Source of the DNA: Fonticula alba ATCC 38817
Taxonomy: Eukaryota > Protista > Nucleariida
DNA: 34,816 bases
Strand: one strand, 5' to 3'
Assembly: GCA_000388065.2 (NCBI GenBank)
Contig: KB932201.1
Part shown: piece after piece, positions 22,606-31,322 of the stretch
How positions within the stretch are numbered: the first letter of the stretch is position 1
Layout: every line of letters starts with the position of its first letter
Notes under the pieces: generated by a model
Database searches by the model: none
Told to the model about the DNA's origin: nothing
What the model saw: only the letters and a program-made list of their open reading frames with translations
Made by a program: the position numbers and the translations under genes

Positions 22606-25275
22606 TCATGCGTTGGCCGGCGATTTGCCCTGGGCCCCGATCGCCTGGAGCCGGGCCACCGGCGCATCGAGGGCAAAGTGCGAGTGCACGCGGAGGAGTT
22701 CGAGCAGAGGCCCATCCAGGGCGGACAGGAGATTGCGAGCAGCTGCCATGCGGATGGGGGCGGCCCCGGGGCGCCGGGCCAGATCGGCCGACAGGGTCAG
22801 TCCAGCAGCCGCCAGCGGCGCCAGAGTTGACAGGATGGCCGAGTCCTCGACCAAGGGCTCCGTGGCGGCGTCCAAGAGTCGGCCGACGCCTGCACAGGCA
22901 ATGGTCAGGGCGCTTTGGTCATCGGTCGCCCGGGGGGGCTTCGCTCCGGGCGCTGCCGCTGCCGCCGCCAGGGAGAGCTGATTCTCACGAAGGGCACGCA
23001 GTAGCCACTCCTCAGCCGGGTCAGGTGCATCCATGCTTCGTGGCCCGGAGGACCGATGGCACTGGCGTTGCCAAGAAAGCACCAGGGCCTCCAGCAGGAT
23101 CGAGCGTGCGGTGGCCAGGCTGGCAAGCGGCCCGCCGGGCGTGGTCCGATGCAAGAGCAATGCCGCCTGCTCGGGGGCCAGGTGATCCGGCCGGGAAAAG
23201 TGGCTCAACAGCAGGAGCAGGGCCTCGGGGGCAGACGTGTCGTCAATCGAATGCAGGAGCGCCGGTGCGCCGGTCCAGGCGAGGGCCCCATCCACCGCGG
23301 CCCGGATTGCGGCCTCGGACCAGGCCCCGCCGGCGGAGCAGCTCCCAAAGCCAGCGCCCTCGGTAAGGGGAGCAAGGAGGAGCCGCTTGCCGAGCAGGTA
23401 AAATCCCTGGTCTGCCAGGGCCACGCCCGTGTCGGAGACATGGCGATCAAGCAGCTCGTGGGCCAGGCACCGGGGCCGATCCACGAGGGGAAGCATGTCC
23501 GCATCCTCGGACGGGGGACAGGCCCGCGCCAGAGCGCGACAAGTGTCCAGGAAGAGCGGCTCATGGCCGAGGGCCGCCGGAGGCCGGCCCAAATACAGCT
23601 GCAATAGGGCCAGCACCAAGGCCCGGTGGAGGCCAGCCGTCGAGGGCGGGGCCGGGGAGCCGGCGGCCGGCGGCGGGGATGCCGGCCGTTCGGCCCCGAG
23701 GCATTCCGTGAGATCGTAGTGCTCCGGCGTGAGGATGGGCAAATGGTCGGGCGGGATGTGGCCGGAGTATCGGCAATCGGTGGGCGGCTCATGGTCAAGC
23801 AGGGCCCACAGCTCGCATGGGGCCGGGGGCCGGGAAAAGGGCACGTCGCCAAGGATGATGCCCCGGCCATCCGGCGGCAGGGATGCCGGCGAAGCACCGG
23901 CCGGGGGACAGCAAACCAAATGCCAGAGGCGCTGGACGTCGTGGGCCACAGAGCGGCCCGGAGCCAGGAGTCCGCGGGAAAAACGCGTGCACGAAGCCAG
24001 AGCAGCTAGCAAGCCAGCAAGGCGAAGGGCCCTCGAAGTGCCGGGATGCCGGAGGGGATCTCCCGCAAGGAAGGAGAGAGCCAGCTGGCTGAGAACCAGG
24101 AAGAGCCAGTGCCCCGGGGCGGGCAGGTCCCCATGGGGGCCGGCCTGGAGGTGTACCGGGTCGGAGGGGGATGCCCGCAGGGCCAGTACCAGCTTGGGGT
24201 CCTCCGGCCCGTGGGCATTGTCCCGAAGGAGCTGCATGGCAAGGGACACCAGGAGCTGGGGAAGCCAGTGGCGAGTGAAGGTGGGACGCAGGTGCAGCCA
24301 GGCGAGTGCCAGGCACAGTGCATGGCCCAGCCCGCGAGCAGGCTCGCTGAGGGCCAGGCCGGACCCCAGCTCGGCCGGCTGGCAGCCGCGGATCCAAAGA
24401 AGCCCCGGGGCCGAGAGACAGGCCAGCAGATGGGCCGGGTGCAGGGGCAGCTGGGCGAAGAGGTGGCCGGCATTCACGGCGCCAGTTGGAGATGCGCCAG
24501 CATGCTGGACAAGCAATTGGGCCACCAAGTCCGGGCAGAGGGTGGCCGAGAGCAGGAGGTCCGGCAGCTCGGCCGGGCCGAGCCCGGAGAAGGTTCGTCG
24601 CCGAATGAAATCCGCAATTGACCGCTCAAATGCATGCAGCTCTGGCGGGCGAATGGCGTGGAGGAAGCGCCGGTGCAACGCGCTTGCCAGGGACTCGGAG
24701 GGGGCCCCCAGTGGCTGGGGCTCCAGCCGGAAGCCGGGGCACGCCGGCCGGCAGCGGCAGGACGACCGGGACAGGGAGGCCGCCCCGGCATCACAGGCTG
24801 GCGAAGTGCCGCCGGGCGTCGCCGGGGAGGCGGCCTGAGAAGCGAAGGCCAGAAGGTGGGTCTCCGCCGGGCGGCTGTGAAAGTAGGCGCGCGTGCACTC
24901 GAACAGATGCCAGGCAGCGCTTGGGTCGAGAGAGTAAGCAGCGGCGGTGGTGCCGGTGCCGGTGCCGGTGCCGGTGCCGGTCGGGGTGGCGGCGGCGTCG
25001 GTGACCGGTGGCCGGGCAAGTTGTCCCAGGGCGCGGGTGGCTTGGCGTATGCCGATGCCGGACGGTCCGGCCCCGGGGATTGTTCCGTTGAGGACCGCCA
25101 CAAAGAGGGCACACGCATGGTGGAAGTCCTCCCAATGACCGAGGTGGGCCCGGGCGCAGGCCGTCTCAAGCACCTGTCCCGGGGTGTAGGTGGCGGAAAG
25201 GCGCCGGAGGAGGCGAGCCGCCGAGTGCGCCACATGCACGTGGTCCTCCGGCGGCGGAAAGGGGTTCCCAATCAT
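22606..25275 (-). CDS. Hypothetical protein, about 889 aa, Leu/Ala-rich and probably alpha-helical, apparently single exon
   Basis: The frame is open from 25494 to 22606 and the sequence is protein-like (LFECTRAYFH, RFLHAIRPPELHAFERSIADFIRR, HWLFLVLSQLALSFL). The start is placed at MIGNPF (25275) but could lie upstream. I recognise no domain. Confidence 0.75.
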   Translation of the reverse strand: MIGNPFPPPEDHVHVAHSAARLLRRLSATYTPGQVLETACARAHLGHWEDFHHACALFVAVLNGTIPGAGPSGIGIRQATRALGQLARPPVTDAAATPTGTGTGTGTGTTAAAYSLDPSAAWHLFECTRAYFHSRPAETHLLAFASQAASPATPGGTSPACDAGAASLSRSSCRCRPACPGFRLEPQPLGAPSESLASALHRRFLHAIRPPELHAFERSIADFIRRRTFSGLGPAELPDLLLSATLCPDLVAQLLVQHAGASPTGAVNAGHLFAQLPLHPAHLLACLSAPGLLWIRGCQPAELGSGLALSEPARGLGHALCLALAWLHLRPTFTRHWLPQLLVSLAMQLLRDNAHGPEDPKLVLALRASPSDPVHLQAGPHGDLPAPGHWLFLVLSQLALSFLAGDPLRHPGTSRALRLAGLLAALASCTRFSRGLLAPGRSVAHDVQRLWHLVCCPPAGASPASLPPDGRGIILGDVPFSRPPAPCELWALLDHEPPTDCRYSGHIPPDHLPILTPEHYDLTECLGAERPASPPPAAGSPAPPSTAGLHRALVLALLQLYLGRPPAALGHEPLFLDTCRALARACPPSEDADMLPLVDRPRCLAHELLDRHVSDTGVALADQGFYLLGKRLLLAPLTEGAGFGSCSAGGAWSEAAIRAAVDGALAWTGAPALLHSIDDTSAPEALLLLLSHFSRPDHLAPEQAALLLHRTTPGGPLASLATARSILLEALVLSWQRQCHRSSGPRSMDAPDPAEEWLLRALRENQLSLAAAAAAPGAKPPRATDDQSALTIACAGVGRLLDAATEPLVEDSAILSTLAPLAAAGLTLSADLARRPGAAPIRMAAARNLLSALDGPLLELLRVHSHFALDAPVARLQAIGAQGKSPANA

Positions 25276-25859
25276 CAATCGGCGGGCGAGAAAGGGGGAG
25301 CGGGGAAGGGGAGTCGAGAGGGGAGTCGGGAGGGGGGCAAGTGCCCGAAGCAGGCAAAAGCCCCGCCAGCGCAGGGCCGCGTGTTTTTGGTCGGGATCTT
25401 GGCTCGGTTGTGGGTGCGGAGCCCGGAAGCAAACAGCTTGGCCCCGGGGACGAGGGCCTGTCCGGCGAGTGGGGACACACGCGAGGCCGGGCAAAGTCCC
25501 AGGCGTGCCTCTGGCCTGGGCCAGAAGGCGACACCCGCCCCCGCCGCCCTCGGGGGAAACCCGGCGCGAGGGGGCAGGACGCCGCGGAATCCGGCACGGG
25601 GACGATGTGTTCTCTCAGGGCACGCCAGCCGCACTCGGGGTGACGCCGGACCCGCCTTGGGGCGCATGTCCCCAAGGGTGCGCCGCCCACCAATGCCACC
25701 GGTGCAGGGACCAATCCTGGGACCTGCACCCGGGGGGGGGAGGCTCCCTGGCTGGCCGAGGATCGGGACTGCCAGTGAGGACCGAAGAGCGCGCAGCCCG
25801 GGCACGAGGCAATCCGCGTGGAGACAAAAGGTCTCCGGGATGGCCTCCTAGCAAGATCT

Positions 25860-25932
25860 GGGGGCGTAGCTCAAATGGTAGAGCGGCCGCTTAGCATGCG
25901 GCAGGCAGGGGGATCGATACCCTCCGCCTCCA
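25860..25932 (+). tRNA. tRNA-Ala(AGC): tRNA-Ala (anticodon AGC), intronless
   Basis: 73-nt cloverleaf: acceptor GGGGGCG/CGCCTCC with the G3:U70 alanine identity pair, D-arm GCTC/GAGC, anticodon stem GCCGC/GCGGC with loop TTAGCAT, T-arm GGGGG-ATCGATA-CCCTC, discriminator A73. Confidence 0.97.
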
Positions 25933-25940
25933 TTCTTTTT
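25933..25940 (+). terminator. RNA polymerase III terminator of the tRNA
   Basis: TTCTTTTT immediately after A73. Confidence 0.8.
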
Positions 25941-26784
25941 ATGCCCCGCGCAGGCCTCGCCTTTTTCTCCATCGGTGCAAGCACCCCCACCCCTTCAAAA
26001 AAAATGCCCTCACACCCACAGACCGAGAGGGGGGGGGACAACGCGCGTAAGCAAAGCGCCGAACACGGCGCGCTGATGCAAGACAGGAAACCCACACAGC
26101 AAAGAGCGCGCATGGCCGCGTCGCCACAAACAAGACACACACAGACACACGGGAAAAAGCAGCACACGGGGGAGGTGGGAGGAAACTCAAGGACCATGTA
26201 AATTTTTACGGGGGAGACAGGGGGAGAGGACAGGGGGGGAGAGAGAGTGTAGCCTGCGCATGGTGGGGGGGGGGGGGGGGGGACCGGGACACCGGGGGGG
26301 GAGGGGAGGAACAAGAACCGGGTTTCAACACCCCCTTCCATGGCCAGCGCGCGCGCACACGTCTGGGCGGCGCGCGTGTGGAGAAAATGTGTGTGCGTGC
26401 GTGTGCTCGCGCGTGCGCCCCTCTCCTCCTCCTCCTCCTCCCTCGACAAGCGCGGGAGGGGGGAAGAAGGAGAGGTCGGCTCTCTTTTGGGTTTCTCCGT
26501 GCCCGGGGCCGGAATGAACACCCATCCCCCCCGTCCGCACCGGCCTCAACGGTAACCTGCCACTCGGTAGCTGCAACACACGCCCCCGCCCACCCTTGCA
26601 TTGCGACACAGCGCGATGGAAGGCGAGGGAGAGAGAGAGAGAGAGAGCCACAGGGAAGGGACACAGAGAACGAGGGGGGGAGGGGAGGGAGAAACACACG
26701 CACGCGCGCGCTTCATCACGCGCACACATGCGCGCACAGCAGGGGGGAAGGAGAGAGACAGAGGAGAAGGGAAGCACACGCAAG

Positions 26785-26800
26785 GCGCGCGCGCGCGCGC
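26785..26800. repeat. (GC)8 tract downstream of the HMG gene
   Basis: Read directly. Confidence 0.95.
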
Positions 26801-26879
26801 ATGGCCGGGCGCACCGCGCCGCCTACTCTTACAAAAGCGCACAGACGGGAAAGGGAGAAAGCGAATAAGCGGGTTTCAC

Positions 26880-28035
26880 TTACTTCTTGGCAGTCTTGCG
26901 GGGCTTCTTCTCCGGGGTGGGGGACTTCTCCTTCTCGTCGTCGTCGAAGTCGCCATCCTCCTCGTCGCTCTCGCCCTCCTCGGCGTTGGCGCGGGCACGG
27001 CGGGCCTTGCGCTTCTTGGTGCGGTTGCGCTGGGCAGTGCGGAGCTCCTTCAGCTCCTTGACCAGCTCGGGCTCATCCTGAACGCGGGCGGTCAGCTGGA
27101 CCATGGTGTCGTTGACGAGCTTCTCGAAGGTGGCGCGCTGCTCGGCGGCCTCGGCCTCGTAGGTGGCCTTGTCGGGGGTGGTCTCCCACATGGAGGCGAG
27201 CTCGGTCATGCGGCGGGAGGCGGCGGCCTTGCCACCGACGGCCGGCTGCAGGACACCATCAACCAGGACCTTCTCCTCGTTCTCCTTCACCTGCTGGTAG
27301 TTGCGGGTGACGAAGATCAGGTAGGCGGAGCGGGGGCGGGCGGTGCCGTGCTTCTTCAGGTAAGCCAGGACATCCGAGCGCTTGACGGTGAACCAGATGG
27401 CATCCGGGTCCTCGTGGACAATCTTGTTGGCCTGGTCGAAGACCTGGATAGCGGGGGGAAGAGAGAGAGAGGGGGGGAGGGGGAAGGGATGGGGCGACGT
27501 TGAGAATGGGGGGGTTAGCGGGGGGAGGGAGAAGGAAGGAAAGGAAGGGAGGCAGACGATGCCAGGCCGCCACACAGGCCACGACATGGCCAACAAAAAA
27601 AAGGAAGGAAGGCGCGGCAGCATGACGCACCTCACGGCGCTCCGGGCCGAGCTCGCGCCAGCAAGCAGCGACATCGCTCAGGAGCGAGCGGACCTTGCGG
27701 TCCTGGGGGATCTGCTGGAGGGCCCACTTGGTGAAGGTGATGTAGGCCGAGGGGTTGGGGCGCTTGCCGATGACATCGAGCACCTCCTGCACGGTGGGCG
27801 GGGGGAGCTGGCGGATGAACTCGGAAATGCTGGCAGTGTCGGACATGGTGGTAGTGCTGTTGGTCGTAGCACGAGTGGTGGGGTTAGAGTTGACCATGAA
27901 GGGATTCGACTGCTGGGAGCTCACCGGGTTGGTGGAGGAGACGTTCAGCGACTGGAACATCGACGGCAGGGAACCGAAGGGCGCGCGGACGACGCGCGAC
28001 GCGAACGACGAGGCGAACATCAGAGAGCGAGACAT
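26880..28035 (-). CDS. Two-HMG-box DNA-binding protein with a mitochondrial-presequence-like N-terminus (TFAM/Abf2-like), 2 exons, 322 aa
   Basis: Exons 28035-27631 and 27443-26880 with a 187-nt phase-0 GTGCGT...CCAG intron. HMG box 1: KRPNPSAYITFTK...LLSDVAACWRELGPERR. HMG box 2: RPRSAYLIFVTRNYQQVK...MTELASMWETTPDKATYEAEA. The N-terminus MSRSLMFASSFASRVVRAPF is Arg/Ser-rich and has no acidic residues. Confidence 0.85.
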
Positions 28036-28686
28036 TCTGACCGGCAATGAGGAGAGGGGTGGCTGGATGACACGCAAAAGGGGGTGGGGGGGGGAAAGAG
28101 AGTGCAAACAACCAAAAGGCCTTGTAGACTCTAGCCCGAGTGGGGAGAGCAGGCCCGGTAACTGAAAACGGGGGGGGGGGGGGACGACAAGAACAGAGAC
28201 ACTGCACCACTTGCGAATGGGGACACACACACACACAGTGACACCCAAGGGGGGTGAGAGAGAGAGAAAGAAAGAAAGGGGAAAGGATGACACCGGGAAG
28301 GGGTAGAGACAAAAGGACACGGAGGCCCACACACGGGGCACCGTGTTGCGGGCACGAACCCAGGCCCCCCCCCCAGCCCCAAGGCGGGGTAAAGAAGCCT
28401 AGCGTCAGGGACCATAGGACAGGCAAGCCCCGGTCTCGCGCGGGTGGAGAAAGAAAATAAAAAGCGGCAACAAAGAATGCACCAACCCTACCCTAGCTAG
28501 GGTTGGTGCAGCGCCGCGAACGGCCGACCCCCAAACTAAAAGACGGAAGGGAAAATAAAACGGCAAAGGCTGGCATATGTGCGCACGGGTGTTCCCCGGC
28601 AGAAAGAAAAAAAAAGAACCGAGGGCCGCCAGCCCCACTTCAGGGAAGCGCTGCTCTCTCTCTCTGGTTCTGGCGAGAAGAGAGGA

Positions 28687-28702
28687 GCGCGCGCGCGCGC
28701 GC
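28687..28702. repeat. (GC)8 tract upstream of the HMG gene
   Basis: Read directly. Confidence 0.95.
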
Positions 28703-30670
28703 GAGCGACCGGCTAGTCAGCCGAAAGACGCGCATACACACATTGCGCACTCACAAAAAATGAGACAGCAGAATAACGGCATAGGAACGCTATTCGCCTG
28801 GGATGTACACGTCATGTGACACCGGGAGGGTGTGATATGCGACATTGTGGAAATGATTTCCGCGCATGCGCCCATTTTTGCTCTCGCATCCAGGAGGGGG
28901 GGTGAGAGACACACGTACCACAAAAACAGACGATGGAGAGAAAGAGAGGGAGCACGCGCGCACATATGCACAGCACACACAGACGCGCCGGGTCTCAAGT
29001 AAGCCCCATGTGTCGGGCTTTCTCGCTCTCCACTCCATTTGCTGATTTGTGATCGTCGTCCCGACGGATGGTGGGAGAGAGGGGGCTGCGCGCCGCCAGG
29101 CATACAGACAGACAAAGGTGCATAACATGCACGCCACACACTAAAGGACAGGCAAGAGAACCACAGCCACGTACGCGTGTGTCGCCCCCTTCCCCCCCCC
29201 TCACCATCGAGAGTAAGGAGGAGACACAATCGGATAAGGAGACAAGAGCACTGGGGGGAAGGGAGGAAGATGGCACAAATGAAAATACCACGGCCGATCA
29301 TCATGGCCGACCACCAACCATAACCGGAGGATGGAGAGGGGGCACACGGAAGGATGCGCCAGCAAACGAAAGGGAGAGAAGGCGAGCGAGTAGAAAGAGA
29401 CACATGTGTGACATCGGAGACGAATGTGCCGCCCCCCCCCCCGCCCCCCCCCCCCCCCCCACATCTCACCGAGGAGCAAAGAGAGGAGAGTGGGAAGGAG
29501 CGTGCGTGTGCATGCATGTGAGCAGGCCGCCGCCGATCGAAAGCGGTCGTAAGGGACCACCCCCATCCGGTCGCGTCGCCCCCTCACACGCAGAGCACAG
29601 GACACAAGGGGGACACGAGGACACTGGCACTGGGGAAAGCGAAATTGAGAAACGCAAGGCGATGGAGTGGCGCAGGAGTGGCGGATCAAGCACCCGCGCG
29701 CACGGGCGGCCAGCCGCGAAAGGACACCCCGCCGACGCCCGGTGGCACAGAGAGGCTGCGAGGATCACACTATGACAATGTGAACGCCCTGCCAGGAAAG
29801 GGATAGGCACGCGCAGAGGGAACTCGAGAGGAGAATCCCACCGCGCGCATGTGAGAAAGGGGAGAAGGGGGCCATACTGTGCTGCATCAACAAGCGGCAG
29901 CTCCCCCGTGCCCACACTGTACTCGCTGATGGGAGAGAATGCTGCTGCTCTGGATGATGGCTCTTGCTGTCGCTGTCGTCGCTGTCGTCGCTGTCGTCGC
30001 GGCCATGTCTCGCCATGACATGGGGAGGAGATGTGGAAGAGGGGTGGGGAGAGGGAAACGAACCTGCGGATGGGGGACAATCTAGAGCAAGACCGATCGC
30101 GCCGGGCCACAACAAAGAGAGGAGGCGGGAGGGGAAGAGGGAAGAGACGAGTCAGAAAATGCCATGCAGCGCGAGTGCCACCGCCATCGGGGAGCGAGAG
30201 GAAGAGCGCCGGGGGCCCTGACATCGGTCGGCAGGCGCGCATGCGCGCCTGCCCGGACACGGTGGCGGATCCATGAGGGGAGTGTGATGCCAGTGTGACA
30301 CATGGCGCAGGGCCGGGCCGCTGCGAAGGGGCCGACCGCCTCGAGGCGGAGAGCCGCGCCCAGGGGAGCTCGATCCCATTTGGAGATGAGAGGAGCGCGA
30401 GGGAGGAAGGCAAGAAGCACACGCGGGCCTGCACACAAGATGGGGGGGGGGGGGATGGCGCGAGGGGTGGAGCGGGGGAGGGCATGTTGCGTACTCGGTG
30501 CTTAGAGAGAGCAGTGGCCGAATGTGTGCGTGGGGGGGAGGGGAGAGGGAGGGGAGGCCTGTGGGGTCGTTGAGAGCGTCCAAGTGCCTGAGGGTGCCGA
30601 ACGGTGGTGAGCTGCTCGGGGAGAGGGAGGGAAGGTGCCTGGCAACCGGGCGAGGATTCGCTCGGGGGGA

Positions 30671-30817
30671 NNNNNNNNNNNNNNNNNNNNNNNNNNNNNN
30701 NNNNNNNNNNNNNNNNNNNNNNNNNNNNNNNNNNNNNNNNNNNNNNNNNNNNNNNNNNNNNNNNNNNNNNNNNNNNNNNNNNNNNNNNNNNNNNNNNNNN
30801 NNNNNNNNNNNNNNNNN
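30671..30817. other. Assembly gap (147 N)
   Basis: N run; ORFs that cross it are artefacts. Confidence 0.99.
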
Positions 30818-31180
30818 CCCCCCCCCCTCTGTGGTCCTCTGCTAGGGCGCACAACGGGGGAAGCGGGTGGGGGATGGCCCCATCACTGGAGCCAGCCCAT
30901 TTCGGAACCCCCCCCCCCCTGTAGGGCGTCCCTGCTCGAGCCCCAGTCCGCCGGGGGGGACGGGGGGGGTGGATGGGCGGGAAAACACCCACGCCCAACG
31001 GCCCCCTAGCCCGCCCGGGACACTTCGTGCGCACGCAAGCATACATGCGCCAGCGCGCGCGGGCGCGGGCGCGTGCTCAGGTACGCTCCGACCGAGAAGC
31101 CCGCCGGGGCATGCCGCGCCCCCCCCCCCCCCCCCCCCCCCTGCGGTCCTGGGCGGGCGAAGTTGGCGCTCCTGCAGTGT

Positions 31181-31210
31181 GCGCGCGCGCGCGCGCGCGC
31201 GCGCGCGCGC
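31181..31210. repeat. (GC)15 perfect tract
   Basis: Read directly. Confidence 0.95.
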
Positions 31211-31304
31211 ATGTCCATACACGCGCGCGAACAGAAAATGGGCGGGCCGAACCCGGGCGCCCCCGCCCCCCCTCCCCCGGACGGGCACAGTTGGACGCAG
31301 GCAT

Positions 31305-31322
31305 GCGCGCGCGCGCGCGCGC
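31305..31322. repeat. (GC)9 perfect tract
   Basis: Read directly. Confidence 0.95.

Noticed and set aside
28065-28078. GGATGACACGCAAA, 14 nt identical to a U6 snRNA segment
   Set aside because: The flanks do not match U6 (no properly spaced ACAGAGA/AGC elements, no poly-U end). It lies antisense to the HMG gene 5' UTR, so it is likely chance.
29466-31046. 526-aa ORF and other ORFs spanning the N gap
   Set aside because: They are artefacts of N bases not being read as stops, and the flanking translations are low-complexity.
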